Source of the DNA: Octopus sinensis | Taxonomy: Eukaryota | Reading direction: 5' to 3' | Length of the DNA stretch: 64,000 nucleotides | Assembly (NCBI RefSeq): GCF_006345805.1 | Contig: NC_042997.1 | Location: 118,172,001-118,236,000 of the forward strand | In this document: positions 25,886 to 40,540 of the stretch, piece by piece | Numbering within the stretch: position 1 is the stretch's first letter | Layout of the letters: each line of letters starts with the position of its first letter | The notes under the pieces: generated by a model | Databases searched by the model: none | What the model was told of the DNA's origin: nothing | The model's input: the letters and a program-made list of their open reading frames with translations, nothing else | Program-made: the position numbers and the translations under genes

Positions 25886-26787
25886 TGTCTTCATTATTTT
25901 TATTTTTAGAAAACCAGTTAATTATTTTGTAAATGGCATTTATTCAAAATTTGATTCATGCATAGATATGTAAATTGATCGTCTAAAAAAATTTGGTGAT
26001 AAAACATATTCAGAAAGCTGAAGTATTTAGGCTTATACAACCAAGAAGACAATGTTAGGTACAAGATTGGTCTTGTGACTTCGTAATTTGATTCGCTACT
26101 AACCTCTTGCCTATGGAACTTAAGTCTTTATGGAGCCGTAGGGGCGTTGTTGTAATGTACGGTGTAGCTCGAAAAACTTTAGATGTAGTGGAGTCTATCT
26201 CACTACGAGTTAGTGACAGTCAATATCTTTCAGAATGACAGATAGACAGAAAGAAGGGCAAAGAAGCGATCGAAGCACAGGACAAGTACTTTATTTATCG
26301 ACTCCGAAGAATAAGAGGCAAAATTGACTTCAACTGTATATGACCTCAGAACGAAGAGAACTGGAACATATACCGCAAGGTAAAAGATCTCTAATTTATG
26401 ATGTCTGCTAGTTCTTCTTAGTATAAATTTGAACGATGTTAATAAATTCTAACAATGACTTCTAACATTAACACAAATAAGGAGATTGTGTAGCAGTTCA
26501 TATCAACAACATCAACAGACAAGTTCTTTAGTGTTCTTTAAGTTACCGACACTGAAATAAAGAAAACTACACTTGATTGGAGCAGGATTCGAAAAGAGCT
26601 GCAAGTCAATAAGGAGTAGTTTGTCCAAAGCTGCAACGATCGAATCAGTTCACTGTTTTTAATGTTAGGTGTATTATATGGAATATAATGCAAATGCAGG
26701 CGACCCAACAACATAGTTTCGAGTTCAGGCTCACTACGTGGCACCTTGGGAAAATTTCTTACGAAAACTAAAAGAAGCCCATCATGT

Positions 26788-26826
<39 letters not shown>

Positions 26827-26895
26827 CGTAGATATATATAGGCGCGCGCGCACACATACACACATAGACACGTGCTATGCTTGCGTACTGTCTCC

Positions 26896-27021
26896 AATAT
26901 AAAGCCGGTTCACCATATTCATAACAGTTAGTTACTAACAAAATGCAACATATCAGGTATTGGAACCATCCTCACCAAAATACAGCTTAGATGGTCGGGT
27001 CGTCTTTCACGTATGAGTGAT
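26896..27021 (+). mobile_element. 126-bp RTE LINE ORF fragment
   Basis: NIKPVHHIHNS*LLTKCNISGIGTILTKIQLRWSGRLSRMSD carries the RTE QLRWxGH motif. Confidence 0.8.
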
Positions 27022-28504
27022 ATCAAGTTTTGTGTCTGTGCTTGCCCCTCGCCAACGCTTGTCAACCGGTGTTGGCGTGTTTACAAAAACCGATGGAGAA
27101 ATTACCAGGCTTAAAAAAGTACTTGGGCCGATTATTTCGACCAAAATTCTTCAGAGCGGTACCTCAGCATGGCCGAAGTCTAATGACTGAAACAAGTAAA
27201 AGTTAAAAGATACCACAAAAATAAATACCCAACCCACCAAGAAAAAAAAAAAAAAGCAGTATAAACTACCAGCCATTGCTCACATGAAGGTTTTCAGTCG
27301 TCACCCCAATAAACCCCACATCTAATGATTCACACCATGCGACCCATTACGTTTTTGGATATTATGAGTTTACCGGTCTCATTTGACTCGCTTGTTCCAT
27401 ATTAGGGGCTATATCGGCTCGGAGAAACCTCTTCATATTTTAAACTTTCTACTCCTAGGAACTAGGAATAAAAGTTTTGTTGGGAATGTGAGCCAGACGA
27501 AGACTTCGACCTCGATGTTCAGCTGGTAATTATTTCATCGACTATGAAGGGATGAAGTCAAAGTCGACCTTGGCGGATTTTGCACGCAGAATGTAAAGAC
27601 GGACGAAATGTTTCTAAACAGTTTATCCGGCATGTTATTGATTCTGCTAATGCGCCGCCTTGCATACTTTAAATAGCATGATCTGAAAAAAAAAAAATTA
27701 AGCGGTCTTGGCTAGAACAACTTTTGATATCTGTAGGCTTGCCTGACCAAGTTTGACCCGGGGATAAACAACAACAGCAACATTATATTTGAAGGTAGAA
27801 GACGAGATGGTCATGGTCAAGTTTTATCTAGGGTTAAAGAACAACAACGACAGGAAAAACTATGTCCGAAAGCAATAGACGAAATGGTCATGGCTAGAAA
27901 ACTTTTTGATATCTATAAGTCTGCCCGAAGAAGTCTGACCTGGGGTTATAAACAACATCAATAACAACAACAGCAGCATCAGAAACAACAAGAAGAAGGC
28001 TATTATAACCCTCTTGGCGGTAGTGGTGGTTGTAAATTTAAACAAAGTTTTTATTGTTTAATACTGAAACACAAAGAAGGTAGTGCATGGTCTCAAGCGA
28101 GCAAACATTGAGATAGCTCGAAGAATGATTATCCTCGCCTCGCTGGCTTGTCTTTAGTGGTCAGCGTAAAAAAAACAGAGTATGTAATGACACCGAGGTA
28201 AATGGATATGCTCTCGTCTCTCTCTCTCTCTCTTACACACACACATGCATAGGCACACATACACGCACACACAAAAGCTTACATGCACTTACACACTCGC
28301 GTGCGTACACATATATACATTCGTACATCTTATACAATATATATTATTAAAACATAGATATGAATATATATACCTATAAATATATATATATATATATATA
28401 CATACATATGCTATAGTATAATATATATTATATACATATATGTATTACGTAATGTATATTTTGATACATATATAATACCATATATATATATTGATACATA
28501 TATG

Positions 28505-28538
<34 letters not shown>

Positions 28539-28539
28539 C

Positions 28540-28579
<40 letters not shown>

Positions 28580-28646
28580 TGATAATAATATATGAGGGAA
28601 TATTATTCCAAACTTGATAAAAGTTTTTTTTCTAATTTATCTATAT

Positions 28647-28699
<53 letters not shown>

Positions 28700-28730
28700 T
28701 TGTGTGTGTTGTGTGTGTGTGTATATATAA

Positions 28731-28769
<39 letters not shown>

Positions 28770-29318
28770 ATATATATACATACGTATATATGTATGTAAT
28801 ATGACACACACATATGTATGTATATCTGTGTGTCTGTCTCTCTGTTTTACTGTGTGTGGGTGTATGCGTGGATATATATCTAAATAATACTTTACTAACA
28901 TTCGACAAGAGTGTGATGTTATAATCGATAATAACACCCGAGTAGTGTAACGGAATAAATGTCATAGAATATTTAGTTCCATCCCAGTGCATCTGATGTT
29001 AAAATTCCGATATTATTGACTTCACATCTTCCCACCCACCAAGTTTAATACTGCACCTACCAGTAATATACTGGGTCGATTCAAACGACTCTAATGATCC
29101 TCTATACAACACGCCTTACGCCTAACTAGAGAAAAAAATCAATATAAGAAAGAACCAAATATAAATTATCCCCAAAAAGCCAACGTAAAACTATTATGAA
29201 TCATATATCTGACATGATTTATGGCTAAAGTAGTTAAAACTGATAGACGTATTAAGTTCAGAGCACAGGTTTTTTCCTATATTACTTTATGATATAATAT
29301 ATAACAGATAACATTACA

Positions 29319-29363
<45 letters not shown>

Positions 29364-29427
29364 CGCTTATATTATATATATATATGCACATATATATGTG
29401 CTTATATATACATATATATATGTGCTT

Positions 29428-29463
<36 letters not shown>

Positions 29464-29595
29464 TAAATATATATATGTAGTATATATATATACATGTATA
29501 TATATATGGTATATATATATAAATATATATATATGGTATATATATATATATATATATATGTATATGTATTTATATTTTATATTGTTATGTATATG

Positions 29596-29626
<31 letters not shown>

Positions 29627-29966
29627 AATATATAGATATTATATATATATTATATATATATATATTTGGTCTGTGTGTCCCATGTACGTAAAAATATACA
29701 TAGATGTGTGTGTATGTATGTGTTTGTGTGTGTGTGCGTGTGTATGTGCTGTCTTCGTCACAAGTTTTATTCTCAAGGTTAAACGATGCTATTAACTTGT
29801 ATGAAAACACTTCTCAAAAATAGTCTCCAAGCGGTCAGCGCAATCACTAATGGCTTAGACAACACTCCCCGATATTACTTCAATAAAGTATATATTTTCA
29901 TTCTCTCTTTTTATTTTTTTTCTTTCCCTTCTCTCTCTCTCTCTACTCCCTCTCTCTCTCTCTGTA

Positions 29967-30007
<41 letters not shown>

Positions 30008-30734
30008 TATATATATATAGGATTATATATATAATATTATATATATGCGAACTAGTCGACACTTACCGATAAAAACACTCATGAGCACATACATATGTTG
30101 GAGAATATCTATCTATGTATATATAGTTATGTTATGATTTTACGCCGCTGTACATAGACACACACGCATATGTTTGTACATACACATATATACCTTTGTG
30201 TTTCTGTGTGTATTTATACATGTATATTTATATATTATAGCGGGGTAGGCCGGTTTATGGGGTTACTCTGGCTTTCCCGCTTTTCAGTGTATAAAACAAA
30301 TACATGAATGCAAGAAGCTCAAAGCCATCTCCTTTCGTCGGTCGGTTAAACAGATTTTCAACTATTACCCGTCATATGACAGACAATAGCATTTTAGTCC
30401 ATAGTTACCAAGGGAGATAAATACAATAACATCCTAGTTATCTCGCTTTGGCGCTTGGTGAAACAGCGAGATGGAAACAGACGGGCAGTTATATAATACA
30501 ACTGATGGCAGTATTCTGGTCGTGCTCTGATATGTGTGAGCGTATTTAGTAACAGCACTGCCGCATGTAGCCGAGTAGTACTCTCAGATAGAAGGAAATT
30601 ATCTGTTGTGGAGTGTTTACAAACGTTTCGGTCCTAAAGTGGAACCGCAGTCCTTCAGTTGAAGATATCACTGTTTGCAGGATTGGACGCATTAGAAAAC
30701 ATGAAGCTCCCATCATATGGCATACATAAGATAA

Positions 30735-30944
30735 TTATTATTCTTTTATTCTTTAACATCAGTGATCTGACTGCGGCCGTGCTGGAGCACCGCCTTTTAG
30801 TCGAACACATCGATCCCAGGACTTATTCTTTGCAAGCCTAGTACTTATTCTATCGGACTCTTTTTACAGAACCGCTGAGTTATGAGAACGTAAACACACC
30901 AGCATCGGTTGCCAAGCGAAGTTGGGGAGACAAATACAGACACA

Positions 30945-31019
<75 letters not shown>

Positions 31020-31195
31020 ACACATATACAGATATACGACCGGCTTCTTTCAGTTTCCGTCTACCGAATCCACTCACAAGGCTTTGGTCAGCCTGAGGCT
31101 TTAGTAGAAGACACTTGCCCAAGTTGCCACGCAGTGGGACTGAACCCGGAACCATGTGGTTGGTAAGCAAGCTACTTTCCACACACCCACTCCTT
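30735..31195 (-). mobile_element. SINE family B
   Basis: Full length, with an expanded (CA)n in the middle. Confidence 0.85.
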
Positions 31196-31271
31196 GATAA
31201 CTTTTATCACATTTCTTGGTGATTATACAAAAGGATGAAATAAATACACATTTCTAAAGGAAAATATCATT

Positions 31272-31482
31272 GTTCTATATTTAAGAGATGAGGAATTATA
31301 TACGTTATTTACATTATTTACATTTGACAGATATTTGTCCTCATCTTGTTTGTTGTTAGCACAACGTTTCGGCTGATACACCCTCCAGCCTTCATCAGGC
31401 TGGAGAGTATATCAGCCGAAACGTTGTTAACAATAAACAAGATGAGGACAAATATCCGTCAAATGTAAATAATTTAAATAAT
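31272..31482. mobile_element. Same palindromic element, copy 2
   Basis: Same arms and left extension. Minus strand CTGATGA-A-GGCTG..CAGCC-GAAA-CG-TT at 31398-31363; centre deleted. Confidence 0.75.
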
Positions 31483-31650
31483 GAAAGTATTATTATCTTG
31501 AAATATAAATAGAACAAATTTCTCCATGTTTACGTTTGCAATGAATATACGTAATTACTTTTCTAAATTTTCTCAACATAATTGCCATCCATATCTTCGA
31601 TAATCTATCTCAGCAAAATTTGTCGTTTACCTCCCCGTCGTCGACGTTAC

Positions 31651-31850
31651 CTTCTTCTTCTTCTTCTTCTTCTTCTTCTTCTTCTTCTTCTTCTTCTTCT
31701 TCTTCTTCTTCTTCTTCTTCTTCTTCTTCTTCTTCTTCTTCTTCTTCTTCTTCTTCTCTTCTTCTTCTTCTTCTTCTTCTTCTTCTTCGTCTTCTTCTTC
31801 GTCTTCTTCTTCTTTTTCTTTTTCTTCTTCTTCTTCTTCTTCTTCTTCAC
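31651..31850. repeat. (CTT)n microsatellite
   Basis: Direct reading. Confidence 0.95.
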
Positions 31851-32241
31851 GTCGTCCTCCCCCTCCTTCTCTGTTTCCTTGACTTGCTTTTCTCTCACTG
31901 TGTGTGTATGTAGCATTACTTTATCCATTGCCTGCCATCAAGCTTAGTATGTGCGCTTATCTTGCAACTTTTATGTTAACCCTCTGTGGATCTCTCTCTT
32001 ACTCTGTCTTTTCCTTCTCTCTCTCTGTACTGTGACTGGGCAATTTAATCAGCTAAACATCCACCCACCTACCCACCCACCCAACCAACCAACCAACCAG
32101 CTTTTATGTCGGCTAATATGACATAAAAAATGGAATAAATAAACGAAAATCCCGCTCCCACCATCAATAAATAAATAAATAAACAAATATATGTATACAT
32201 ATACACACATACATATATATACACACAATTAATTACTGCAA

Positions 32242-32640
32242 GGTGCAGGAGTGGCAGTGCGGTAAGTAGCTTGCTTACCAACTATATAGCTCCGGGTTCA
32301 GTCCCAATGCGTGGCACCTTAGGCATGTGTCTTCTACTATAGCCTCGGGCCGACCAAAGCCTTGTGAGTGGATTTGGTTGGCGGAAACTGAAAGAAGCCC
32401 GTCGTATATATGTATATATATATATGTATGTGAGTGTTTATGTTTGTGTGTCTGTGTTTGTCTACCCCAACATCGCTTGACAACCGATGCTGGCGTGTTT
32501 ACATCCCCGTAAAGTAGCAGTTCGGCAAAAGAGACCGATAGAATAAGTACTAGGCTTCCAAAGAATAAGTCCTGGGGTCGATTTGCTCGACAAAATGTGG
32601 TGCTCCAGCATGGTCAAAACAAGTAAAAGAGTAAAAGGGT
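32242..32640 (+). mobile_element. SINE family B
   Basis: Full length. Partial or decayed copies at about 3035-3170, 21365-21500, 37870-38290, 44820-45025, 50035-50197, 50815-51050. Confidence 0.85.
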
Positions 32641-33010
32641 ATATATATTTCGAAATAATTACTAACTTCTGTCATTGAAATAAAGCCAGAAATTTGCATG
32701 GAAGTGGTTCCATATATTATCGGCAGCGACTGTATCGATGACTGGAGGGCGAAAGAGAAAATCGATATGAGCGGGAAAAATCAATACGAGTGGGACATAT
32801 GATGCTCTAATTGATTACTATAAGGTATCATATCCGATGTCCTTCTCATTCCAATCCACCGCTAATGTAAAAGTATGCATTAGTTGTAGCAGTAGTCGTA
32901 GCTCTTATTTAGCCCTAGGTCATCCCTAATCCAGTAAACCTATAATCGTTAAACGTTTCGAGCGTGACCATTTTGTAGGTATTATATTGTCCTATGTATT
33001 CAATTATTAC

Positions 33011-33052
<42 letters not shown>

Positions 33053-33173
33053 TGTGTTATCTAAGGTAATTTGACGGCTATTTCTAACATGTAAAGAGGC
33101 TACATAGAGACTCCTACATTGGATCCTTTGTCCCCTCACTGTTTCGATATCAAACTGCGAGATATTGGCTTAA

Positions 33174-33409
33174 CCCTTTCGGTATCAAACTTCCAACGTC
33201 CGATATGAAACCGTTTGACACCGACTCTATGATAAAGCCTTACAGTTTTAAAGACATCTAAATTAAAACTTTCCACCGAAATTTCCTGTTAAATTTATGT
33301 TCCAAACTTCAGCTTAATAACGAGAAGGTAATTTTCATGAATTCGTCATGAATTTCGAAATTAATTGAAACAAAATTCAGTGCATTTAAACGAAAATATA
33401 TGAGAAGGG
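33174..33409. mobile_element. piggyBac-type MITE
   Basis: TTAA|CCCTT...AAGGG|TTAA, with TTAA at 33170-33173 and 33410-33413. A related decayed unit follows to about 33650. Confidence 0.75.
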
Positions 33410-33657
33410 TTAACGCGTTTGATGCTAACCTTCTAGAGATCACTCCTGGTTCTCTGAAGTAATCTAAATTATCTGTTTTGATACCAACTGTTTGATCCTC
33501 ACTTGGGTTTATGATACAAATTTCCTACTTTAAAATCACCGAACTTAAAAACTTCCCTCAAGATTTCCTGTTAAATTTATGAACCAAACTTCAGCTTAAT
33601 AACGACAAAGTTATTTTCTAAAATTTTCATTACTTTCAAAATTAATTAAAATGGAAA

Positions 33658-34049
33658 TCTCTCTCTATATAAAGCTGAAGTTGTTTGTGTGTGGCAGGTT
33701 TGGTAGCCTTCAACTAACACTATCTCCTCCGAGACCCTGCGGTGCAAGTTGGCCAAAATTGAGAGTATGATAGAAGAAGGCTTACTCTTCATTCCGTAGA
33801 AGATAAAATTCAGATAGGACCATGTTAACACCAAAAATTATTTACATAAGAAAGGTGCTTTTTTACTATGAAAATCCCTATTTTTTACGATTTTTTGACT
33901 GCTGTGTCGCCATTTTTCGGTGTATTTCAATCAGAAAAAAGTTCACTTAAAGAGATTAACAAGCTACATAATGTAGAATTTTTACTTTTCAAAAATTCCA
34001 ATTCTAAAGGGTCGAAACAAACCCGAGCAATGCCGGACGATACTGCTAG
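33658..34049 (+). mobile_element. Non-autonomous Helitron
   Basis: A|TC 5' end, subterminal hairpin cccgagcaatgccgg, CTAG|T 3' end, no TSD. Confidence 0.85.
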
Positions 34050-34619
34050 TAAAATAATAAAAATAATATGATAAAGAAAAAAGGCTTAAAGTACGCTGAG
34101 CGCTAAACAAACGTTACTTTCTTACATTAATCCAGAGTTTCACAAACATACACACACAGACACACACATCATCATCCTTCGACGTAGTAGAATTACCAGT
34201 CCCAACAAGTCGAGGTTCAAGATACGGCTTGTAATATCCATCCTTTCGATCACTGAAAGCAAAACTTGGCTCGCAAGATCACATTCGTTTGAGTGATTTT
34301 CAGGAGTCATTGTTTCGCCCTTGTACGCCAATCCGTGGCAGTGTTAGCCATTTATAGCTGAGGGAAATTGAGTAACGTGAAACGGGAGGTTTTGTTTAAA
34401 AACACAACGTACGACCGGTCTGGGAATCGAAAGCCCGATCTCACTACCGTGAGTGCAACACCCTATCCGCTAACCACAGACCTATGCATTTTGTGATCCC
34501 AATCCAAAACGTGCTATAAGGCGCGGGGATGGGGCGGCATCAAGTATTACGCAGGCAGTATAGCTGATATACTTCTGTAATTGATCTAAAATGGTGTGTA
34601 TGGTCGTGGTACTCCATCG

Positions 34620-34790
34620 GTAACGACGACGAGTATTCCAGTTGATCTGAGCAACGGAACAGCCTGCTCGTGAAATTAATGTGCAAGTGGCTGAGCACTA
34701 CACAGACACGTGTATCCTTAACGTAGTTCTTGGGGAGAATCAGCGTGACACAGAATGTGACAAGGCTGGCTCTTTGAAATACAGGTACAA
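34620..34790 (+). repeat. Interspersed repeat body (probable SINE fragment)
   Basis: gacgacgagtattccagttgatc...gaaatacaggtacaa; recalled as an abundant octopus repeat, single copy here. Confidence 0.45.
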
Positions 34791-35803
34791 TAGAGTGGAG
34801 ACGTAATGGCCTAATGGTTAGGGCAGCAGACTCACGGTCGTAAGAACGTGGTTTCGATTCCCAGACCTGGCATTGTGAGTGTTTATTAAGCAAAAACACA
34901 TAAGCTCCACGAGGCTCCGGCGGGTCTGGTGGTGATCCCCGCTATACTCTTTGACCACAACTTTCTCTCACTCTTTCTTCCTACTTAGCCACAAAGCAGA
35001 GGACCCATGGTGTAACCCACTATGTTGTTGTAAACTTTCAGATCCTAGTCTAGATTGCGAATCCTCTGTACCCAGGATGGTTCAGCTCTCCACCCGTTAA
35101 AAGCCACCGTTTACGGAATGAGGATAACAACGTAGCTTCCGCGCCCGTGCAACCGCCAGTCTATCGCGTGTGGTGGGTGGGTCTTCAAGTTGTCACACGC
35201 ATTCTTAGTAGCTTAGAGTAGGCTCGAATTAGAGATTATTCTTTGTGGCTAATGGCGTGAGTGCTGATTGGAAGAAGAAGAAGGAACAAAAGAAAAAGGA
35301 AGAAAGAGCTAGAGAAAATTGTGGTGAAAGAGTACAGTAGGGTTCGCCACAACCCCCTGCCGGAGCCTTGGGGAGCCTTAGGTGATTTCGCTCAATAAAC
35401 ATCCACAACACCCGGTCTGGGATATCGAAACCGCGATCCCACGACCGCGAATCTACGGCCTTAACCACTGGGCCATTGCGCCTCCACTGTATATGATATA
35501 TATACTATCAAATATTATGTAGATAATGTGAGTAAGGAAAGTAAAGAAAGTTATGTAAATATTATGAGAGACAATAAACTCAGAGAAACCGCTGTTTACG
35601 AAAACAAATATTAACCTGTGCCTAAATACACTCCAGCATAAATCTACTCATAATAAATAGTGTAATGAGAGGAGTAGGAGGGAGGAGAGGTATTTACCTA
35701 GATCTGTGTATATTAAATACCACATTTGTGCTACTCATGCACCTGCATAAGTAATGTGGTGTAAACTTATTCACCGCAAATATATACACACATACATATA
35801 TTA

Positions 35804-36238
<435 letters not shown>

Positions 36239-36665
36239 GTAGATAGATGGATAGATTGATTAATAGATATATATATAAGTGCGCGCGTGTGTGTGTGTAC
36301 ATATATATATTATACACCACACACGCACAAACACTCATACATATATAAATATTCATGTATATAAATATATACATATCACCAGCCAACTACTGGAGCAGTT
36401 CTTTCTCCCTCCCTCTCTCTTTTCAGTTGTCATATCTTTAATGGTTCAAGAGCGGGAGATCTACGGCATACACATACATGCAGATACATGCATATACATA
36501 CATACGTATGTATATGTATATATATAGACACGTATGTATATATATGCATATATAAACTTATACATATATGTATATATATATATATGCATATATATATAAT
36601 TATATATTATATATATATATATAATATATATATATACTGGTATATATATACACACACACACACTC

Positions 36666-36699
<34 letters not shown>

Positions 36700-36838
36700 G
36701 AGATCAATGTACACGCATTTATGTTTATATTACATATGTATGCATATTGTACACACATACACACGCATACACACACGCGCGCAGAGACACACAATTATAT
36801 ACATATGTATACACATATATACCCATACTTACATATAC

Positions 36839-36902
<64 letters not shown>

Positions 36903-39062
36903 GCAATAGACCCATGTAGATAGACATATGCACTTAACATAACACACTTCATCAAAGACGAATACATAATATAAATAAAAATATTAGAAAACAAAGTTAA
37001 TTAACTCGAAGGCAAGAAAAGAATGTAAACGCCAACGAAATAATGAATTAATACACCGAACAAAAAAAAAATAGAGAAAAGAAAGAACTGAAGGTATTCA
37101 TGTTATTAATTGAACTACTTCAGAATTAGACTTTGTTTAAACCTGATGGCACATTACACATAACAATACTGGTATTACCTGATTACATATTTACAAATTT
37201 CCTTGAGCGATTTTGCAATAAAGTAGAGATTGACTGTTCATTCACAGACTTTTATGTTACCCAGACTCATATAAAAATGAACATACAAAGATTAACACAT
37301 TGACAAAGATAGTGAATATAACAAGTAAATATTATTTCTGTTACGAACTTGTACTGATACGTGGAGATATCGATAAAGTCTATATGAAGAATAACAAAAG
37401 AATATATTTGGAAGCGTTCATACACTAAAAAATAATCAAAAATGCATACAAATATGTAACTTTAAAGCAAACAGTTACATAAAATATTGCTCAAATTAAG
37501 GTGTTTTTAATTATAAAATTATGAAATATGTATTATGTCCATATGTATGCATATGAGTATATAGGCGCAATGAAGGCGCAGTGAAGGTTAGAGCGTCGAG
37601 CTTACGATCGTGAGGTTGTGAGTTCGATTCCCGGGTTGTGCTCTTCAGACACTTTATTTCACGTTACTCCACTTAACTCAGCTGTAGAAATGAGTGGCGA
37701 TATCACTGGTGCCAAGCTGTATCGGCCCCTTTGCCTTTCCCTTGGATAACATCAGTGGTATGCATGGGCGACTGCTGGCCTTCCATAAGCAACCTTGCTC
37801 GGACTTGTGCCTCGGAGGGTAACTTTCTAGGTCCCATGGTCATTCCTGACCAAAGGGGATCTAAGAATGTAGGCGCAAGCGTGGCTGGGTGGTAAGAATC
37901 TTGCTTCCCAACCACATGATTCCCGGGTTCAGTCCCACAGCGTGGCAACTTGGGCAAGTGTTTTCTACTATAGACTCGGGCCGATGAAAACCTAGTGAGT
38001 GGATTTGATGGAAACTGAAAGAAGCCCATCGTATATATATATATATATATATGCGATGGACTTCTTTCACTAATATGTGTATATCTATGTCTGTGTGTCT
38101 TTCTGTCTGTGTTTGTCCACACACCATTTTACGACCAGTGTTGGAGTGATTGCATCCCCGTATCTTAGCTGTCCGGCAAAAGACTCTAATAGAATAACTA
38201 CCAGGATTACAAAATAAGTATTGGGGTCAAATCATTCGACTAAAAAATTCAAGTCGGCGTCCTGGCGTGGCCGCAGTTTAATGTTTGAAACATATATATA
38301 TTATATATATATATATATATATATTTTATATGTGTGCATGTGTATGTATTTTTATTCGCATACACAGCGACTCCAGTTACTAGTTGGGATCTATGAAATA
38401 AATTTTTTTCAGTTTATGGAACTTCGAACTGGGGAAAATGAACGACCTTCTATGTCAACAAACCACTATTGGTTCTGAAAGTTGATTTTTATTCCTTCTA
38501 TAGACTGCTCGAAGCTTACTAACTTCCTACATCTGGATCCAAGTATCCAGGTGTAGGAATATATATGTATGTATGCATGTATGTGTTTATGGATGGATGG
38601 ATGGATATCCCTTTATCCGTTATCGGATTGCTTATTCTCTTCCTTCAACAGTATAGCCAAACATATCGATCCTTGAACCTGTTTCTCACCTGATACTTAT
38701 TTTTACGAAACATAATTGCCAAAGTACTGGTGTTAAAGAAGGCAACAGGCACAGAAGCATAGAACGACACAGACAGTACCGCAACATATATTAAACGGGA
38801 TGTATAGGCACACAAGCAGAGAAGCCTTGGTAGTGTTGGTGGTTGGACGATGCAGCTATTAACTCGATATATATATATATATACACTCATACACATATAA
38901 TTAATAATATCAAAGGGTAATCAGAAATATTAGAAATTTCCATTACCAGTGGCCTAGCGTGTAAAATTTTAGTCAATAGATTATATATTATTCATATAAA
39001 TACAGTGTACATATGTTTTATATGAATATATATACATATATATTCACACTCACACACACACC

Positions 39063-39113
<51 letters not shown>

Positions 39114-39186
39114 ATATACATATACATACGCATATATGCACATAGAAATATATGCATGCATAACAATATTTATACATTTACCAAAT

Positions 39187-39402
39187 CGGCGAGTTGGCAG
39201 AGACATTAGCACGCCGGGCGAAATGCTTAGCGATATTTCGTCTGTCTTTACGTTCTGAGTTCAAGTTCCGCCGAGGTCGAATTTGCTTTTCATCCTTTCG
39301 GAGACAATAAATTAAGTACCAGTTGCGTACTGGGGGCGGTCTAATCGACTGGCCCCCTCCCACAAAATTCCGGTCCTTGTGCTTAGAGTAGAAAAGAATA
39401 TT
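39187..39402 (+). mobile_element. SINE family A monomer with the alternative tail
   Basis: Head and central domain, then gactggcccc...gtagaaaagaatatt. Older decayed copies at about 2390-2590, 11760-11975, 13725-13915, 26270-26400, 27500-27660, 50560-50730, 54470-54700. Confidence 0.8.
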
Positions 39403-40009
39403 TGTGTCTGTCTGTCTGTCTGTCTCTTTTGCTTTTCATCACACTTTCTGACTGTCTGTTAGTCTGTCTCTCTCTCTCGGTCTCCCTTTCTTTCTGTCTG
39501 ACAGTTTGTGTTTCTTCCTGCATCATTCTGTCTGTCTGTCCGTCTCTTTCTCTCTCTCTATTGGTATGTATGTAGTTATTAACTGACTGAAGTAAAATGA
39601 ATGTGCATTCTGTTATGCACTGATGTATTCATAATAGTATGTATTAGCATGTGTACTTAGATGTCAAAGTGACGTCAATATTTAAAGCATGTTTAATTAA
39701 AATATATATAATCTCTTTCATTGTCACGCATATAATCTCTTTCGTTGTTTCGCATATCCATGTACATACATATATACATGTCTGTATATACACACAAGCA
39801 TGCGTATATTTGTGTCCATGTGTGTGTGTCTGTAGATGTCTTGATATATATTTACATAATCGAAAAGGTTATGTAGAGAATGCATATTAATTTCGATGTC
39901 CAATCGATTTGAGCTAATATCCGTACACACACACACACATATGTTCTTAGTTTCAAGCCAAGGAATGCGGCCATGCTGGGGCATTCCCACATATATACAT
40001 GCATACATG

Positions 40010-40056
<47 letters not shown>

Positions 40057-40074
40057 CACACATATATATATATA

Positions 40075-40500
40075 GGCATAGGAGTGGCTGTGTGGTAAGC
40101 AGCTTGCTTACGAACCACATGGTTCCGGGTTCAGTCCCACTGCGTGGCACCTTAGGCAAGTGTCTTCTACTATAGCCTCGGGCCGACCAATGCCTACCAG
40201 GATTTGGTAGATGGAAACTGAAAGAAGCCCGTCGTATATATGTATATATATATATATATACGTGTGTGTGTACGTGTATCTGTGTATGTTTGTGTGTCTC
40301 TGTTTGTCCCCCTAACATCGCTTGACAACCGATGCTGGTGTGTTTACGTCCCCTATAACTTAGCGGTTCGGCAAAAGAGGCCGCTAGAATAAGTACTATG
40401 CTTACAAAGAATAGGTCCTGGGGTCGAATCACTCGACTAAAAGGTGGTGCTCCAGCATGGCCACAGTCAAATGACTGAAACAAGTGAAAGAGTAAAAGAG
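40075..40500 (+). mobile_element. SINE family B (tRNA head, CORE-like domain, internal TA/TG tract, long tail)
   Basis: ggcataggagtggctgtgtggtaag...ggcaccttaggcaagtgtctt...aagtgaaagagtaaaagag; many copies in the window. Confidence 0.85.
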
Positions 40501-40540
<40 letters not shown>

